Below, piece after piece: positions 11,494 to 21,616 of a stretch of 64,000 bases of DNA; within the stretch, counting starts at the first letter, position 1; every line of letters starts with the position of its first letter. This DNA is from an uncultured Candidatus Saccharibacteria bacterium (GTDB taxonomy: Bacteria; Patescibacteriota; Minisyncoccia; Phycocordibacterales; UBA9973), in assembly GCA_964354985.1 (NCBI GenBank), contig CAYHBR010000001.1:18407-82406 (forward strand), in the 5' to 3' direction. A program made the position numbers and the translations under genes. Under the pieces are notes generated by a model. The model saw only the letters and a list, made by a program, of their open reading frames with translations. It had not been told where the DNA came from and searched no databases.

Positions 11494-11600
11494 AAATCTT
11501 TTTGAAATGACTGATAAGAGGCAGTTTCGATGTACTGCTCTAGTTTAAATTATACCAAATGCTTTTCTTATGGCAATTGATAAACTCTAATATTTAAATA

Positions 11601-11909
11601 TTATTTAGCGGCTTTAAGTTCTTTTCGTTTTACTGTGGGAGTTTTCTTTGGTAAAACATTTTTCTTTTTACCTTCAATGATTCCCTGCTTTACGAGAAAG
11701 TTGTGGACAGTGTCCGAAACCTGAGCACCGGTTTTGATGCGGTTTTTTACTTCTTCGGCGTCGACAATAAACTCACTTGAGTGAGGGTTGTAAGAACCTA
11801 GAACCTTTAGGAACTTGCCTGTTTTGGCTGCATTTTTATGATCCGTCAATATGATACGGAAGTGCGCCTGATTCTTTCGGCCTATGCGTTGCAATCTGAT
11901 CTTTAACAT
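11601..11909 (-). CDS. rpsP: 30S ribosomal protein S16
   Basis: MLKIRLQRIGRKNQAHFRIIL.. is the canonical S16 N-terminus. The ORF-track N-terminal extension is probably not translated. Confidence 0.85.
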   Translation of the reverse strand: MLKIRLQRIGRKNQAHFRIILTDHKNAAKTGKFLKVLGSYNPHSSEFIVDAEEVKNRIKTGAQVSDTVHNFLVKQGIIEGKKKNVLPKKTPTVKRKELKAAK

Positions 11910-12007
11910 GGCGCTTATATTAACAGAAACAAACGAAATTGGCAAATACCAACTTAATAACCAGTTTTTTAAAGAAAGACTTAGAGAAAAAATATTTAGA
12001 ATTAAAC

Positions 12008-12040
12008 ATTTTTTCTTGCTCATGTCAATATTTTGTGCTA
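12008..12040 (+). promoter_or_regulatory. Candidate sigma-70-type promoter for rnr
   Basis: TTGCTC, a 17-nt spacer, then TATTAT, a few nt before the ATGs at 12033/12051. Confidence 0.35.
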
Positions 12041-14138
12041 TTATAGTGTAATGCAGAAAAAACAACATACTCATAAAAAACCGCAAACAAAAACTGACCC
12101 GAAACCTCAAAATAATATAACCAAATCAAAAGACCTCGTTGAAGGTATTTTAGTTATAACTACTCGTGGCTCTGGGGTTATTCGCTCAAAAGAAATTGAG
12201 AAATCGATTGAAATCGATGCGAGCAAATTAAATACCGGTCTCCACGGTGACATGGTCGTGGCAAAAGTTTTGGGACCATCTCGCTACCCCGACAGTCTCA
12301 TTGGTTCGGTTGAAAAAATTGTGCGTCGTTCAAAAGTTGCTCACGCAGGACTGCTCGCTCATCCGACCGACAAAAAAAGTGGAAATGACGCGAGCCAAAA
12401 TGAATGGATTATGACCGGCAATGATCATCGCCTCTACACCAAAGTCAGAATAACTGAATGGGAAGCTGGCACAACGCCAAACAATATCACTCCTGAAGAA
12501 ACAGTCGTCCTCGTCGCCATTACCAAGTGGCCAAAAGATGGAGTCATCGTGAACGCTATGAACGCTATTCCGAACGACAAACTTCCCGAAGGCAAAGTCA
12601 TCAAAATCGCTGGCAAAAAAGGCGAACCCGATACTGAAGAAAAAGTCTTTGCACTCGAACGCGGTTTCGACGGACACTTTCCCAAAGAAGTTGAGGCTGA
12701 AGCACAAAAAATCCGTGAAGATTTTAAAGTCGAACAAACTGAAAAAGACCGTCGCGATATGCGCGGAGTTTTTACTTGTACAATCGACCCAAAAGATGCC
12801 AAAGATTTTGACGACGCTATTTCAATGCAAATTCTCCCAAATGGTAATACTGAAATAGGAGTGCATATAGCCGATGTTGCTTTTTTCGTTCAACCAGGCA
12901 CAGCTCTCGACGCCGAAGCTCGCGAACGAGCGACAAGTGTATATCTCGTTGACCGCACAATACCAATGCTTCCTGAAGTTCTCTCAAACGACCTATGTTC
13001 TCTTACTCCCGCTACTGACAAATGTGCCATGAGCGCTATTGTTGAACTTACCCCAAAAAATGAAATCGTAAACACATGGTACGGACGGACAATTATTCAT
13101 TCTCAAAAAAGATTTACTTACGAAGAAGCATTTGATGTTCTTGAAAATGGCGGTAAATATGAAAACGAACTTAACACTTTAAATAAAATTGCGAAATATC
13201 TGCGAAATAAAAGAATGCAGGGAGGCGCTCTTTCACTTGAAAGTGATGAAATAAAATTCACGCTCGATGATTTTGGTTTTCCAACAGGTATCACTCGCAA
13301 AGTTCGCAACGACGCCCACAAACTTGTCGAAGAATTTATGTTGCTTGCAAACTCTCTCGTCGCAGAAGAGCTTGGTGAAAATAAAGCCGAGGAGCTCGGC
13401 GGTGCTATGCTTTACCGTATTCACGAAAAACCATCTCTTGAAAAAATGATGGATCTGGTTACTTTTATGCACAGTCTGGGTCACGAAACAGAATTAGTAA
13501 AAGGCATTGTTCCCGCTCATGTACTTGCAAAAATTATTGCCAAAACAGAAGATGAAAATGTACGCGAGATAATGCAAAGTGTTATTATTCGTAGCCAACA
13601 AAAAGCAATATATTCTGGAGACAACAAAGGCCACTTTGGGCTTGCTCTTGTATATTACACTCACTTTACTTCTCCGATTCGCCGATACCCGGACGTTGTC
13701 ATTCACAGACTTCTTGCTGAAATTTCCGAAGGCAAGAAAACAAATAAAAATGAGAAAAAATCATTCGTCGAAATTGCCGCCCATGCTTCGATGCGTGAAG
13801 TAGATGCACAAGAAGCCGAACGCGCATCAGACAAGTACTACCAGACTCTATATATGCGCGACAAGGTTGGTCAAATACTTTCTGGAACAGTCACGGGACT
13901 CAACGACCGCGGACTTTATGTTCGCGATGACATTAGTTATTCAGAAGGCTTTGTCAGATTTAAGGATCAGTTCAATGAAAAATTTGTTTTCAGCCGAAAA
14001 AATTACACTGCAATCGGGGAAAAATCTCGAACACGATTTGCTCTCGGCGATAAAATAAAAGTAAAAGTAACTGACGTTCGCCCTGACAGACGCGAAATTG
14101 ATTTTAAGCTTGTTAAAGAAGGAGAAGAGCAGATATAA
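12033..14138 (+). CDS. rnr: Ribonuclease R (RNB-family 3'-5' exoribonuclease with C-terminal S1 domain); the start could be 12033 or 12051
   Basis: RNB catalytic region (..FTCTIDPKDAKDFDDAIS.., YYTHFTSPIRRYPDVVIHR) and a C-terminal S1-like region. Confidence 0.9.
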   Translation: MCYYSVMQKKQHTHKKPQTKTDPKPQNNITKSKDLVEGILVITTRGSGVIRSKEIEKSIEIDASKLNTGLHGDMVVAKVLGPSRYPDSLIGSVEKIVRRSKVAHAGLLAHPTDKKSGNDASQNEWIMTGNDHRLYTKVRITEWEAGTTPNNITPEETVVLVAITKWPKDGVIVNAMNAIPNDKLPEGKVIKIAGKKGEPDTEEKVFALERGFDGHFPKEVEAEAQKIREDFKVEQTEKDRRDMRGVFTCTIDPKDAKDFDDAISMQILPNGNTEIGVHIADVAFFVQPGTALDAEARERATSVYLVDRTIPMLPEVLSNDLCSLTPATDKCAMSAIVELTPKNEIVNTWYGRTIIHSQKRFTYEEAFDVLENGGKYENELNTLNKIAKYLRNKRMQGGALSLESDEIKFTLDDFGFPTGITRKVRNDAHKLVEEFMLLANSLVAEELGENKAEELGGAMLYRIHEKPSLEKMMDLVTFMHSLGHETELVKGIVPAHVLAKIIAKTEDENVREIMQSVIIRSQQKAIYSGDNKGHFGLALVYYTHFTSPIRRYPDVVIHRLLAEISEGKKTNKNEKKSFVEIAAHASMREVDAQEAERASDKYYQTLYMRDKVGQILSGTVTGLNDRGLYVRDDISYSEGFVRFKDQFNEKFVFSRKNYTAIGEKSRTRFALGDKIKVKVTDVRPDRREIDFKLVKEGEEQI

Positions 14139-14150
14139 TTTAATAAAATT

Positions 14151-15203
14151 ATGGGTAAAAAAACAAGCATAATTTTTGGAATAATTTTTATTTTTTTAGG
14201 GTTATTTTTTGTTTTTCGAGAAATTAAAATTTTTGATAAAATTTCTAGCTTGGGAGTCGTAAATTACTCACCCGCCCAAGTTGGGAATTTATTAGAAAAA
14301 ACGGAGCCTGCTAAAATACCAGGTGTAACTTTAACTTTCGCCGGAGATATGATGCTTGACCGAGGAGTAGAGAGCTCAGTGAAGAAAAACTTTGCTGGAG
14401 ATTTTTCTATGCTTTTTGTAAATGCGAGTGAACTGTTTTTAAATGACGATATAACTTTTTTAAACCTTGAAGGCCCGGTTTCTGACAAAGGACACAATGT
14501 GGGTAGTAAATATTCTTTTGAAATGAACCCGCTAGTTTTACCGGTAATAAAAAATTCTGGAATTGATGTTGTTAGTTTCGCAAATAATCATGTCGGTGAT
14601 TATACTATTATAGCGTTTAAAGATACACTTGTTCGTCTTTCTGAAAATAATATTCTATTTGCCGGCGCCGGTAATAATTATACCGAAGCAAAAACTCCAA
14701 CTATTATCACAAAAAATGGAATGACTGTAGGGTACTTGGCATTTTCTGATGTTGGACCAAATTGGTTGCCGGCTAAAGATGGCAACCCAGGAAAAAACAC
14801 AAGTGACAATGCGGGAATACTCCTTGCTAGTGATCCAAATTTTTCTCAAATCATTTCTGAAGCAAAAACTAAGGTCGATGTGTTAGTGGTTTCTTTCCAT
14901 TGGGGCGATGAATACAAGGCCCATAATATACGCCAAGAAAAACTGGCTCATTTGGCTATTGATTCCGGTGCCGATATTATTGCGGGCGGACACCCACATG
15001 TCGCCCAAGATCTTGAAACATACAATGATAAGCTAATTATTTATTCACTTGGTAATTTCATTTTTGACCAATATTTTTCGAAAGAAACAATGCAAGGACT
15101 GGTTGTCCAAACTACTATTTCAAAAGACGGAGTAATAACCGATACAAAGAAATACACAAACCAACTAAACAAATTTTACGCAATTGAGTCAATTGTGAGA
15201 TAA
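14151..15203 (+). CDS. CapA/PGA_cap family metallophosphatase-like protein (poly-gamma-glutamate capsule synthesis-like)
   Basis: N-terminal TM segment, then LTFAGDMMLDRGV.., VVSFHWGDEY, GGHPHV motifs typical of CapA. Confidence 0.7.
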   Translation: MGKKTSIIFGIIFIFLGLFFVFREIKIFDKISSLGVVNYSPAQVGNLLEKTEPAKIPGVTLTFAGDMMLDRGVESSVKKNFAGDFSMLFVNASELFLNDDITFLNLEGPVSDKGHNVGSKYSFEMNPLVLPVIKNSGIDVVSFANNHVGDYTIIAFKDTLVRLSENNILFAGAGNNYTEAKTPTIITKNGMTVGYLAFSDVGPNWLPAKDGNPGKNTSDNAGILLASDPNFSQIISEAKTKVDVLVVSFHWGDEYKAHNIRQEKLAHLAIDSGADIIAGGHPHVAQDLETYNDKLIIYSLGNFIFDQYFSKETMQGLVVQTTISKDGVITDTKKYTNQLNKFYAIESIVR

Positions 15204-15217
15204 TATAGAGTCAAATT

Positions 15218-17002
15218 ATGGATGTCCCGTTTTATAAAAAATTCCTGTATGGCGCATCAATATTTATTGGTGTTTTTGCTATCGGAATTGGGGCAGGTTT
15301 CGCTATTGATAAAGTACAAAGCATAAGGCAAACTGCTGCAATTGCCAATGCAATCACCGGAGATGAAAATAATACAGTTACTGGAGTGGACTCTGAGGCA
15401 GAAGAAAACACCATCCCTGACTACTCGGTTTCCCAGCTATCCTCAACCAACAACAATCTCCCTGGTATTACACTTACTTTTACAGGCGATATCAAGCTAA
15501 ATGGGAGTATGAAAAATCTAGTAAAAACAAAACTAGATGGTGATTACCAAAAAATATTTGGAGCAGCCAAAGGTTTGATCGAAAAAGCAGATATTACATA
15601 TGGAAACTTCGTTGGTACTTTTGGAAATACTGACAGCAACAAAACTGAAGTAGGAGCTCTCAAAGGACTCCAGCAATCTGGCTTTGATGTTTTGTCACTT
15701 AGTTATACTGGCTCAAATCTTTCTATAAAAAACTTAACTGAAACAATGCTTTCTATCGACGGCAATGGTCTTCTGCGAACTGGCGCTGGTTGGTCATATG
15801 CCAATGCTCGTGAACCAAGGCTTATTGAAAAAGATGGCGAAACTATTGGCTACTTATCTTTTTCTGATAATAAAAATGATTGGCCAAAAGCATTTGAAAA
15901 AGATGCGGGCATACTATCCGCAAATGATCCTCAGATAGAAGAAATAATTTCCGAAGCCAGAGCAAAAAGTAATGTTTTAGTTGTGAGTTTCAATTGGGCA
16001 GAGTCCAGTAAAACTCACACACTCAGGCAAGAACTTCTTGCACACACAGCAATAGATTCTGGTGCTTCAATTGTTGTTGGTCATTATGGCAACAATTTAC
16101 AAGACATCGAATATTATCACGGTGGACTTATTGCCTACAACCTTGGAAATCTTTTAACAGGATCTGGGACTAAAGCTGATGGTATTCATGGTCTGATTTT
16201 AGAAACCAATATTAGCCATGGTGTTATCAACAACATTCGTGCCTATGGAGTAACTGAACATAAAAATGGTTACATAGATTCTGTAAACGAAATCTCAGCC
16301 GAATCACTGATCCGTGAAAAAGGTGTTATAAACCAAAAATCGGAGCCTAAAGATTTTGAAAAAATTCTTCCATACAGCATCGCAAGAAATACTGTAAGCC
16401 GTGGTCCGAAAGTAAATAAAGTTGCTATCACAATTGATGATGGCTGGAATCCAGTTGCTGTCAAAAGAGCTCTCGATGTTTTGAGTACGAAAAGTGCAAA
16501 AGCTACTTTCTTTATTGTTGGGTCAGTCGCTGAAGCAAACAATCTAAATCTTATTCGTGCGGTGACGAATGGCATCGAATTAGGAAATCATACCGAAAAT
16601 CACGGCTGGCTAACACTTATGGGACAGGCACAAATCGCCAAAGAAATGGCTGGTTGGCAAACGAAAATTGATGCTGCGATAAACCAACATTACGAAACTT
16701 TTTGGTTTAGACCACCTTTTATGGCTGGTTTTATTGGACATACTCCGACCGCTGAGTTAGTTACAAAAATCGCCAAAGAAAAAAATATGCGCATTGCACT
16801 TTGGGGTATCGATCCATATTCTGGTGTTTCAGAAAAAGCCAATGCACCAGCGATAACAAATTATATAGTTTCAAAAGCTGAACCCGGAAGTATTATCCTT
16901 CTTCATTTTTCCAAAGAACACATCATTGCTCTTCCAGATATTATAGACGGCCTTCGTGCCAAAGGACTTGAGCCTGTCACGATGTCTGAACTAATGAAAT
17001 AA
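15218..17002 (+). CDS. Fusion protein: an N-terminal CapA-like domain and a C-terminal NodB-type polysaccharide deacetylase domain
   Basis: The first half parallels the upstream gene (LTFTGDIKLNG.., VVSFNWAES). The second half has the NodB motifs (ITIDDGWNP.., GNHTENH). Confidence 0.7.
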   Translation: MDVPFYKKFLYGASIFIGVFAIGIGAGFAIDKVQSIRQTAAIANAITGDENNTVTGVDSEAEENTIPDYSVSQLSSTNNNLPGITLTFTGDIKLNGSMKNLVKTKLDGDYQKIFGAAKGLIEKADITYGNFVGTFGNTDSNKTEVGALKGLQQSGFDVLSLSYTGSNLSIKNLTETMLSIDGNGLLRTGAGWSYANAREPRLIEKDGETIGYLSFSDNKNDWPKAFEKDAGILSANDPQIEEIISEARAKSNVLVVSFNWAESSKTHTLRQELLAHTAIDSGASIVVGHYGNNLQDIEYYHGGLIAYNLGNLLTGSGTKADGIHGLILETNISHGVINNIRAYGVTEHKNGYIDSVNEISAESLIREKGVINQKSEPKDFEKILPYSIARNTVSRGPKVNKVAITIDDGWNPVAVKRALDVLSTKSAKATFFIVGSVAEANNLNLIRAVTNGIELGNHTENHGWLTLMGQAQIAKEMAGWQTKIDAAINQHYETFWFRPPFMAGFIGHTPTAELVTKIAKEKNMRIALWGIDPYSGVSEKANAPAITNYIVSKAEPGSIILLHFSKEHIIALPDIIDGLRAKGLEPVTMSELMK

Positions 17003-17053
17003 AAAAAAACCGCCCCTTATAAAAAGAGACGGCTCTAAACTTATTTGAAAAAA

Positions 17054-17653
17054 TCAATGCATTTCATTTTTTTCTTTACTAGGGCTAGTGTTGTTTTTGC
17101 CATAGTGGTTGTGAACTTGACCGTGGTAATTTGTCACCGGCCCGTGGTAATTTGTAGTACCACCACCTCCTGTAGATGGATTACTGTTATTATTTCTCGA
17201 AGTGCTGGTTATTAAAAACACAACTCCTCCAAAAATTAATAATAAAAGCAGTACCCCAAAACCCTGGAAAAATCCAAAATCAGAATAATAAAAATGATGA
17301 CAACTTGATATTTCGTCGCAATGACTTTGTCCTGAAAATGTTGGGCAATTCACATTGACGATAACATCGCCTTCGTTGCGAACCACTCGAGCACTTTTAT
17401 CCGAACAACCAATGTCGTTCGTGACTTTGCGCTGAGACGGCATTATTCGGTGTGTAGGTTCCGAAATTCGAGGCCCTTGTGAATATTGAAACGGAGGGCA
17501 AGGCGGGCATGGATTATCATTTCTGATTAATGTGGCTTGTGTCTCATTTGGTGCCTGATGTTGCTCCAATAAAACTCCGCTTTGAATTGGTGTCGCCGTA
17601 GCAACTAATGTAATCGCGAACATCGCGAAGGCAATTGCAATGATTTTTTTCAT
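17054..17653 (-). CDS. Secreted Cys/Gly-rich hypothetical protein
   Basis: Signal peptide MKKIIAIAFAMFAITLVATA, a CPPCPP motif, several Cys, and a Gly-rich C-terminus. Confidence 0.55.
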   Translation of the reverse strand: MKKIIAIAFAMFAITLVATATPIQSGVLLEQHQAPNETQATLIRNDNPCPPCPPFQYSQGPRISEPTHRIMPSQRKVTNDIGCSDKSARVVRNEGDVIVNVNCPTFSGQSHCDEISSCHHFYYSDFGFFQGFGVLLLLLIFGGVVFLITSTSRNNNSNPSTGGGGTTNYHGPVTNYHGQVHNHYGKNNTSPSKEKNEMH

Positions 17654-17795
17654 TTCTCTATTTTTTTAGTAAGGTTAGAATTGCCAGTATTATAGCACAT
17701 AACAGTCTATTTTGTCAAGCACAATAAAGGGATGGTCGGGAAGCCATTATCTATGGGTATCATCTTATATAAAACGAGTTTTTGTAAAGGCGAAT

Positions 17796-20153
17796 TTATT
17801 TCGCTACTGCAAGCGCCTCCTCAAATTGTATTGAGAGTAATTTAGATCCCCCATCTGCCCCGACAGTAACACCGTAAAGTGCATCCGCTCGGGACATAGT
17901 TTCGCGATTGTGAGTGACAACTATGAGCTGAGAAACTTTTGAAAGTTCAACAATAAGATCACCGTACTTACGAGAATTGGCTTCGTCGAGTGCAGCATCC
18001 GTTTCGTCAAGAACAAGAAATGGTGGTGGATTCACTTGTGACATTGCAAAAAGAAGAGCAATAGAAGTGAGGGATCTTTCGCCACCAGAGAGCATTGTCA
18101 GTTCACGAACTTTTTTTTGAGGCAAAGAAACATTGATATCTATTCCCTGCTCGAAATGCTCTTCGGTATCTCCGTCGCCTGCCAAATCACTTTCAAATTC
18201 CATATCTTCTTCTATCCCGCGACGCTTACGAGGTTTTTCAACAATTACAGAAAGAAATGCATTTCCTCCTCCAAACATTAACGCAAAGAATTTTTGAAAT
18301 TCAATATTTATTTTCTCAATACCAGTTTTAAATTCTACATCTAATTTATCTTTAAGATCGCTTATCATTTCTTCGAGTGACTTCATTGCAAGATTTACAT
18401 CTTCAAGTTCGTGCGTCAAAAAACCATCTCGCTCAACAACCTCATCGTGCTCCTTTATAACATCACCTGCACCACCAATACCAGCTTCTTCAAGTTTTAT
18501 TTTTATGCGTTCTATTTTCTTGCGACGATCTTCTTGGAGAGAACGGTCTTCCAATATTTCACCAATATTCTCATTCTGGCCTGCGCTTTCTTTATTTGAA
18601 TTATCATTTTCTCTATTTACACGAAGCATATGAGCCCCGAGCAAAGCTGATGCTTCGCGCATTTCCTCATCGAAATCCAACTTTGTTTTCAGAAGAGCAT
18701 TTTTTCGGAATGAAAGTTTCTCGAGCTCTGACTCAAGTCTATTTTTCTCCATCAAAAACTCATAGCGTTTGCCTTCCTTAGCTCGGCGATCTTTTTCCTC
18801 TTCCTCGTATTTTTTCTTGGCAGTTTCCTCGCGTGATTTCAATTCTAATTCCTTTTCACCTATCTCATCGAGCGCATCTTCGATAGCATTTTTTTCAGAA
18901 ATAAGTGATTTGATTTTTGAATCATCAACAACATCACTTTGGTTACTATTATTTAAATAATTGGCATTACCTTCTTTTGAAACATAAGTCTGGCGAAATT
19001 GCCCGACGGCTATTTGCATCTTTTTAAGAGTTGGGATTATTTCATGAATATTGGTTTGTGATAAAACAAAAGAAATAAGTCTTTCCATCTCACTCAGCAG
19101 TTCAGAAACTCGCTCCCCGGAGATAGCTTCATTTGCCTCACTTACTCCGGCAATTTCTTTTTCATTTTGACGCTCATTCTCAACCTCAAGCAAAGCTTCG
19201 ATGCGTCCGAGTTTTCGCGAAAGATCATCGTAGGTTCGGCGTAAAGTTTCTCGGTCGGTGGCAAGCATTCCAAGCTCTACTGGTTTTGATAAATTGCGAA
19301 CATCTTCCGAAATGAGTGACAAATCTTTTTGCAAATTACCAAGCAATTCTTTTATCCCTTGTTCTTCTTCTCCGAAAGTTTTTTCACCATCTATAATATA
19401 TTTCTCCTCGCGAACAATATACTCACGATAAAGCTCGGCGAGTTCTTGGCGGAGTGTTTCAGCTTTTTGGATTTTCTCGACTTGGCGCTTTAGAAATGCC
19501 AAGCGTGGTGCAAGTTCACGCTTTTGAACCAAAACTTCTTTCATATTTTCTCGAGTCTTTATAAGTTTACGGTCAGCATCTTTTAGACGATATTGATAGA
19601 CCTTGAGTCCGAGCGCGTCCTCGATCATATCTTTTCGGTCGCGTGAATTTGAAGATAAAAGCCGGTCAGCCTCACCTTGAGAAATAATATGGTGACCAGA
19701 TGCACCAATATGCACACTAGTAAGCAGTTCTAGAATATCTTTGAGGCGAACTTCAGAACCATTTAAAAGATATCGGGAAACACCATCAGCGTAAACTTCT
19801 CGAGTAATTGTTATTTCATCAAAATCGAGTCCGCCGTTGTGGTTTCCAGTTTTCCCAGATGACGGAGAATTTTGTGGAAATTTAAAAACTTTTGTTTTGT
19901 TATCGAAAGTAATTGAAACCGAGGCACGGTTGAGTTTGCTGAGAGATTTTGAGCCTTTGAAAATGAGATCGCTACCAGACTTACCACGCATCGACTTCAT
20001 CGACTGCTCGCCGAGCACAAAACGGAGCGCTTCGACGACATTACTTTTACCCGATCCGTTCGGCCCAACAATAGACGTCACTGGACGCTCAAATGAAAGC
20101 ACGCTTTTTTTGGCAAATGATTTGAAGCCTGACAGCTCGAGCGTTTTTAGCAT
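17796..20153 (-). CDS. smc: SMC-family chromosome segregation ATPase (unusually short, 785 aa)
   Basis: N-terminal Walker A (GPNGSGKSN). Long coiled coils. C-terminal ABC signature LSGGERSLTSIALLFA and Walker B/D-loop (FLVLDETDAALD). It follows rnc, as in the rnc-smc operon. Confidence 0.8.
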   Translation of the reverse strand: MLKTLELSGFKSFAKKSVLSFERPVTSIVGPNGSGKSNVVEALRFVLGEQSMKSMRGKSGSDLIFKGSKSLSKLNRASVSITFDNKTKVFKFPQNSPSSGKTGNHNGGLDFDEITITREVYADGVSRYLLNGSEVRLKDILELLTSVHIGASGHHIISQGEADRLLSSNSRDRKDMIEDALGLKVYQYRLKDADRKLIKTRENMKEVLVQKRELAPRLAFLKRQVEKIQKAETLRQELAELYREYIVREEKYIIDGEKTFGEEEQGIKELLGNLQKDLSLISEDVRNLSKPVELGMLATDRETLRRTYDDLSRKLGRIEALLEVENERQNEKEIAGVSEANEAISGERVSELLSEMERLISFVLSQTNIHEIIPTLKKMQIAVGQFRQTYVSKEGNANYLNNSNQSDVVDDSKIKSLISEKNAIEDALDEIGEKELELKSREETAKKKYEEEEKDRRAKEGKRYEFLMEKNRLESELEKLSFRKNALLKTKLDFDEEMREASALLGAHMLRVNRENDNSNKESAGQNENIGEILEDRSLQEDRRKKIERIKIKLEEAGIGGAGDVIKEHDEVVERDGFLTHELEDVNLAMKSLEEMISDLKDKLDVEFKTGIEKINIEFQKFFALMFGGGNAFLSVIVEKPRKRRGIEEDMEFESDLAGDGDTEEHFEQGIDINVSLPQKKVRELTMLSGGERSLTSIALLFAMSQVNPPPFLVLDETDAALDEANSRKYGDLIVELSKVSQLIVVTHNRETMSRADALYGVTVGADGGSKLLSIQFEEALAVAK

Positions 20154-20490
20154 GTTGCTTCTATTTTACGGGAAAAAGTCGAGAAATCAAAGGGAAAAAC
20201 TTGATAATAAATTTATCTATATTTGGTATCTTAACCACTATGTCACAAACAACCATGACGGTGAGCTTATTCTACAAATAGCCAAGGATTACTACGAGTC
20301 GAGATTGAAATCTACAATACTCATATCAGGAGACGGTGATTACCATTGCATCATCGAGTTCCTGAAGGAAAAACGGGTGCCGATCACAATCATTTCACCA
20401 AATAAAAGTTATCTTTCATCTTTATTGAGAAAGACGAGAGTTCCAATAGTCATTTTAGAAGATTTCAAACATAAATTAAAAGTAAAATGA
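20152..20490 (+). CDS. NYN/LabA-like domain protein, short and possibly N-terminally degenerate
   Basis: ILISGDGDYHCIIEFLKEKRVPITIIS matches the LabA/NYN C-terminal motif. The ATG overlaps the smc start (CATG). The gene is wedged between smc and DGR-1. Confidence 0.4.
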   Translation: MLLLFYGKKSRNQREKLDNKFIYIWYLNHYVTNNHDGELILQIAKDYYESRLKSTILISGDGDYHCIIEFLKEKRVPITIISPNKSYLSSLLRKTRVPIVILEDFKHKLKVK

Positions 20491-20575
20491 AAAAGCCCCG
20501 GATATGCCGTGACATATCAAGGGTCTCTTTCATACTGATAGGAATATCATAATATATTACCTAAAGACATGCAAG

Positions 20576-21562
20576 TTATTGTAATGTTAATTCTTGCCTT
20601 ATCTTATATCCATTACCATGTTTCAGAAAACCCAAATATGATTGGACTATGTTTTCTTTTCTACCACTTTTCTGAATACACTTCCACATTCTTCGTTTAG
20701 TTACCGTTCGGAGCACTTTATGCCTATGGAAATGAACCCAGCCGAGAAAATCCACGCCAGAAGCCAAGGTTTTTATAAAAACTTTGTCGGGGTGCAGAGA
20801 TAGCTTCAAATTTTCGGTCAAAAAAACTGATATCTGGGACAAGATGGTTTCAAGACTTTTCTTGTCTTGTGACAAAAAGACAAAATCATCAGCGTATCTG
20901 ATGTAGTGTCTTGCTTTCAGCTTATGCTTCACGAACTGGTCAAACTCATTCATATAAATATTTACTAGGATTTGAGAAGTAAGGTTGCCGAGTGGTAAGC
21001 CTTTACCTTTTTCTATTGAATGAAAGCTCATAATAATTTTGGACAATAACCATAGGATATTTTGGTCAGGGATATAACTTGTCATAATTTTAGTTAGCAC
21101 CTCTTGGTCTATCGAAGCAAAAAACTTTCTGATGTCACATTTCAAAACCCAGACTGTCTTTGTATTATTTTTTGAAACGATATTTGAAAAAGCCTCAAAT
21201 CTACTCATCGCCTTGTGTGTTCCTTTTCCTTTTCTACAAGAGAAAGAATCGGAAATAAATGTCTTGTCGAAAAATGGGTATAACTTACGATAAAGTGCAC
21301 GGTGAAGCAACCTATCTCGCACGCAAGCTTTGTGTATACTCCTGGGTTTTGGATCTGAAATATTAAAAGCTTTGTACGGTGAATGTAAATATGTTTTATT
21401 GTAAAGATCATTGTGAAGCGCAATAATATTACCCATAAGGTTTCTCTGAAATAATTGAACATCTTTTCTTTGTCTCTTCCCTTTTACAAATTCACCCCAT
21501 GCTTCAAGCAAATTTTCAAGCGATATGATATCTTGGTATGTATGATCGAATTTAATTCTCAT
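20576..21562 (-). CDS. DGR reverse transcriptase (RT-1)
   Basis: 328 aa. Group-II-like fingers/palm with YADD (RYADDFVF). Motif 4 reads GLPLGNLTSQILVNIY, the DGR hallmark, not the group II intron QGxxxSP. There is no En domain. An adjacent TR/VR pair is present. Confidence 0.85.
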   Translation of the reverse strand: MRIKFDHTYQDIISLENLLEAWGEFVKGKRQRKDVQLFQRNLMGNIIALHNDLYNKTYLHSPYKAFNISDPKPRSIHKACVRDRLLHRALYRKLYPFFDKTFISDSFSCRKGKGTHKAMSRFEAFSNIVSKNNTKTVWVLKCDIRKFFASIDQEVLTKIMTSYIPDQNILWLLSKIIMSFHSIEKGKGLPLGNLTSQILVNIYMNEFDQFVKHKLKARHYIRYADDFVFLSQDKKSLETILSQISVFLTENLKLSLHPDKVFIKTLASGVDFLGWVHFHRHKVLRTVTKRRMWKCIQKSGRKENIVQSYLGFLKHGNGYKIRQELTLQ

Positions 21563-21575
21563 TCCTTAAATATTA

Positions 21576-21585
21576 CCCCCCCCCC
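21576..21585. repeat. C10 homopolymer (G10 on the RT coding strand) about 14 nt upstream of the RT-1 ATG
   Basis: cccccccccc seen directly. The same arrangement recurs upstream of RT-2. Confidence 0.9.
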
Positions 21586-21616
21586 GAGCACTTTTACCAG
21601 TTCTAGGCAGTTTTAA

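Noticed and set aside
20576-21562. Group II intron maturase/RT, my first impression for both RT genes at 20576-21562 and 46524-47627
   Set aside because: Motif 4 is GNLTSQ (DGR type), not the intron QGxxxSP. No convincing domain V/VI or GUGYG boundary was found. Each RT lies next to a TR/VR pair with adenine-specific mismatches.
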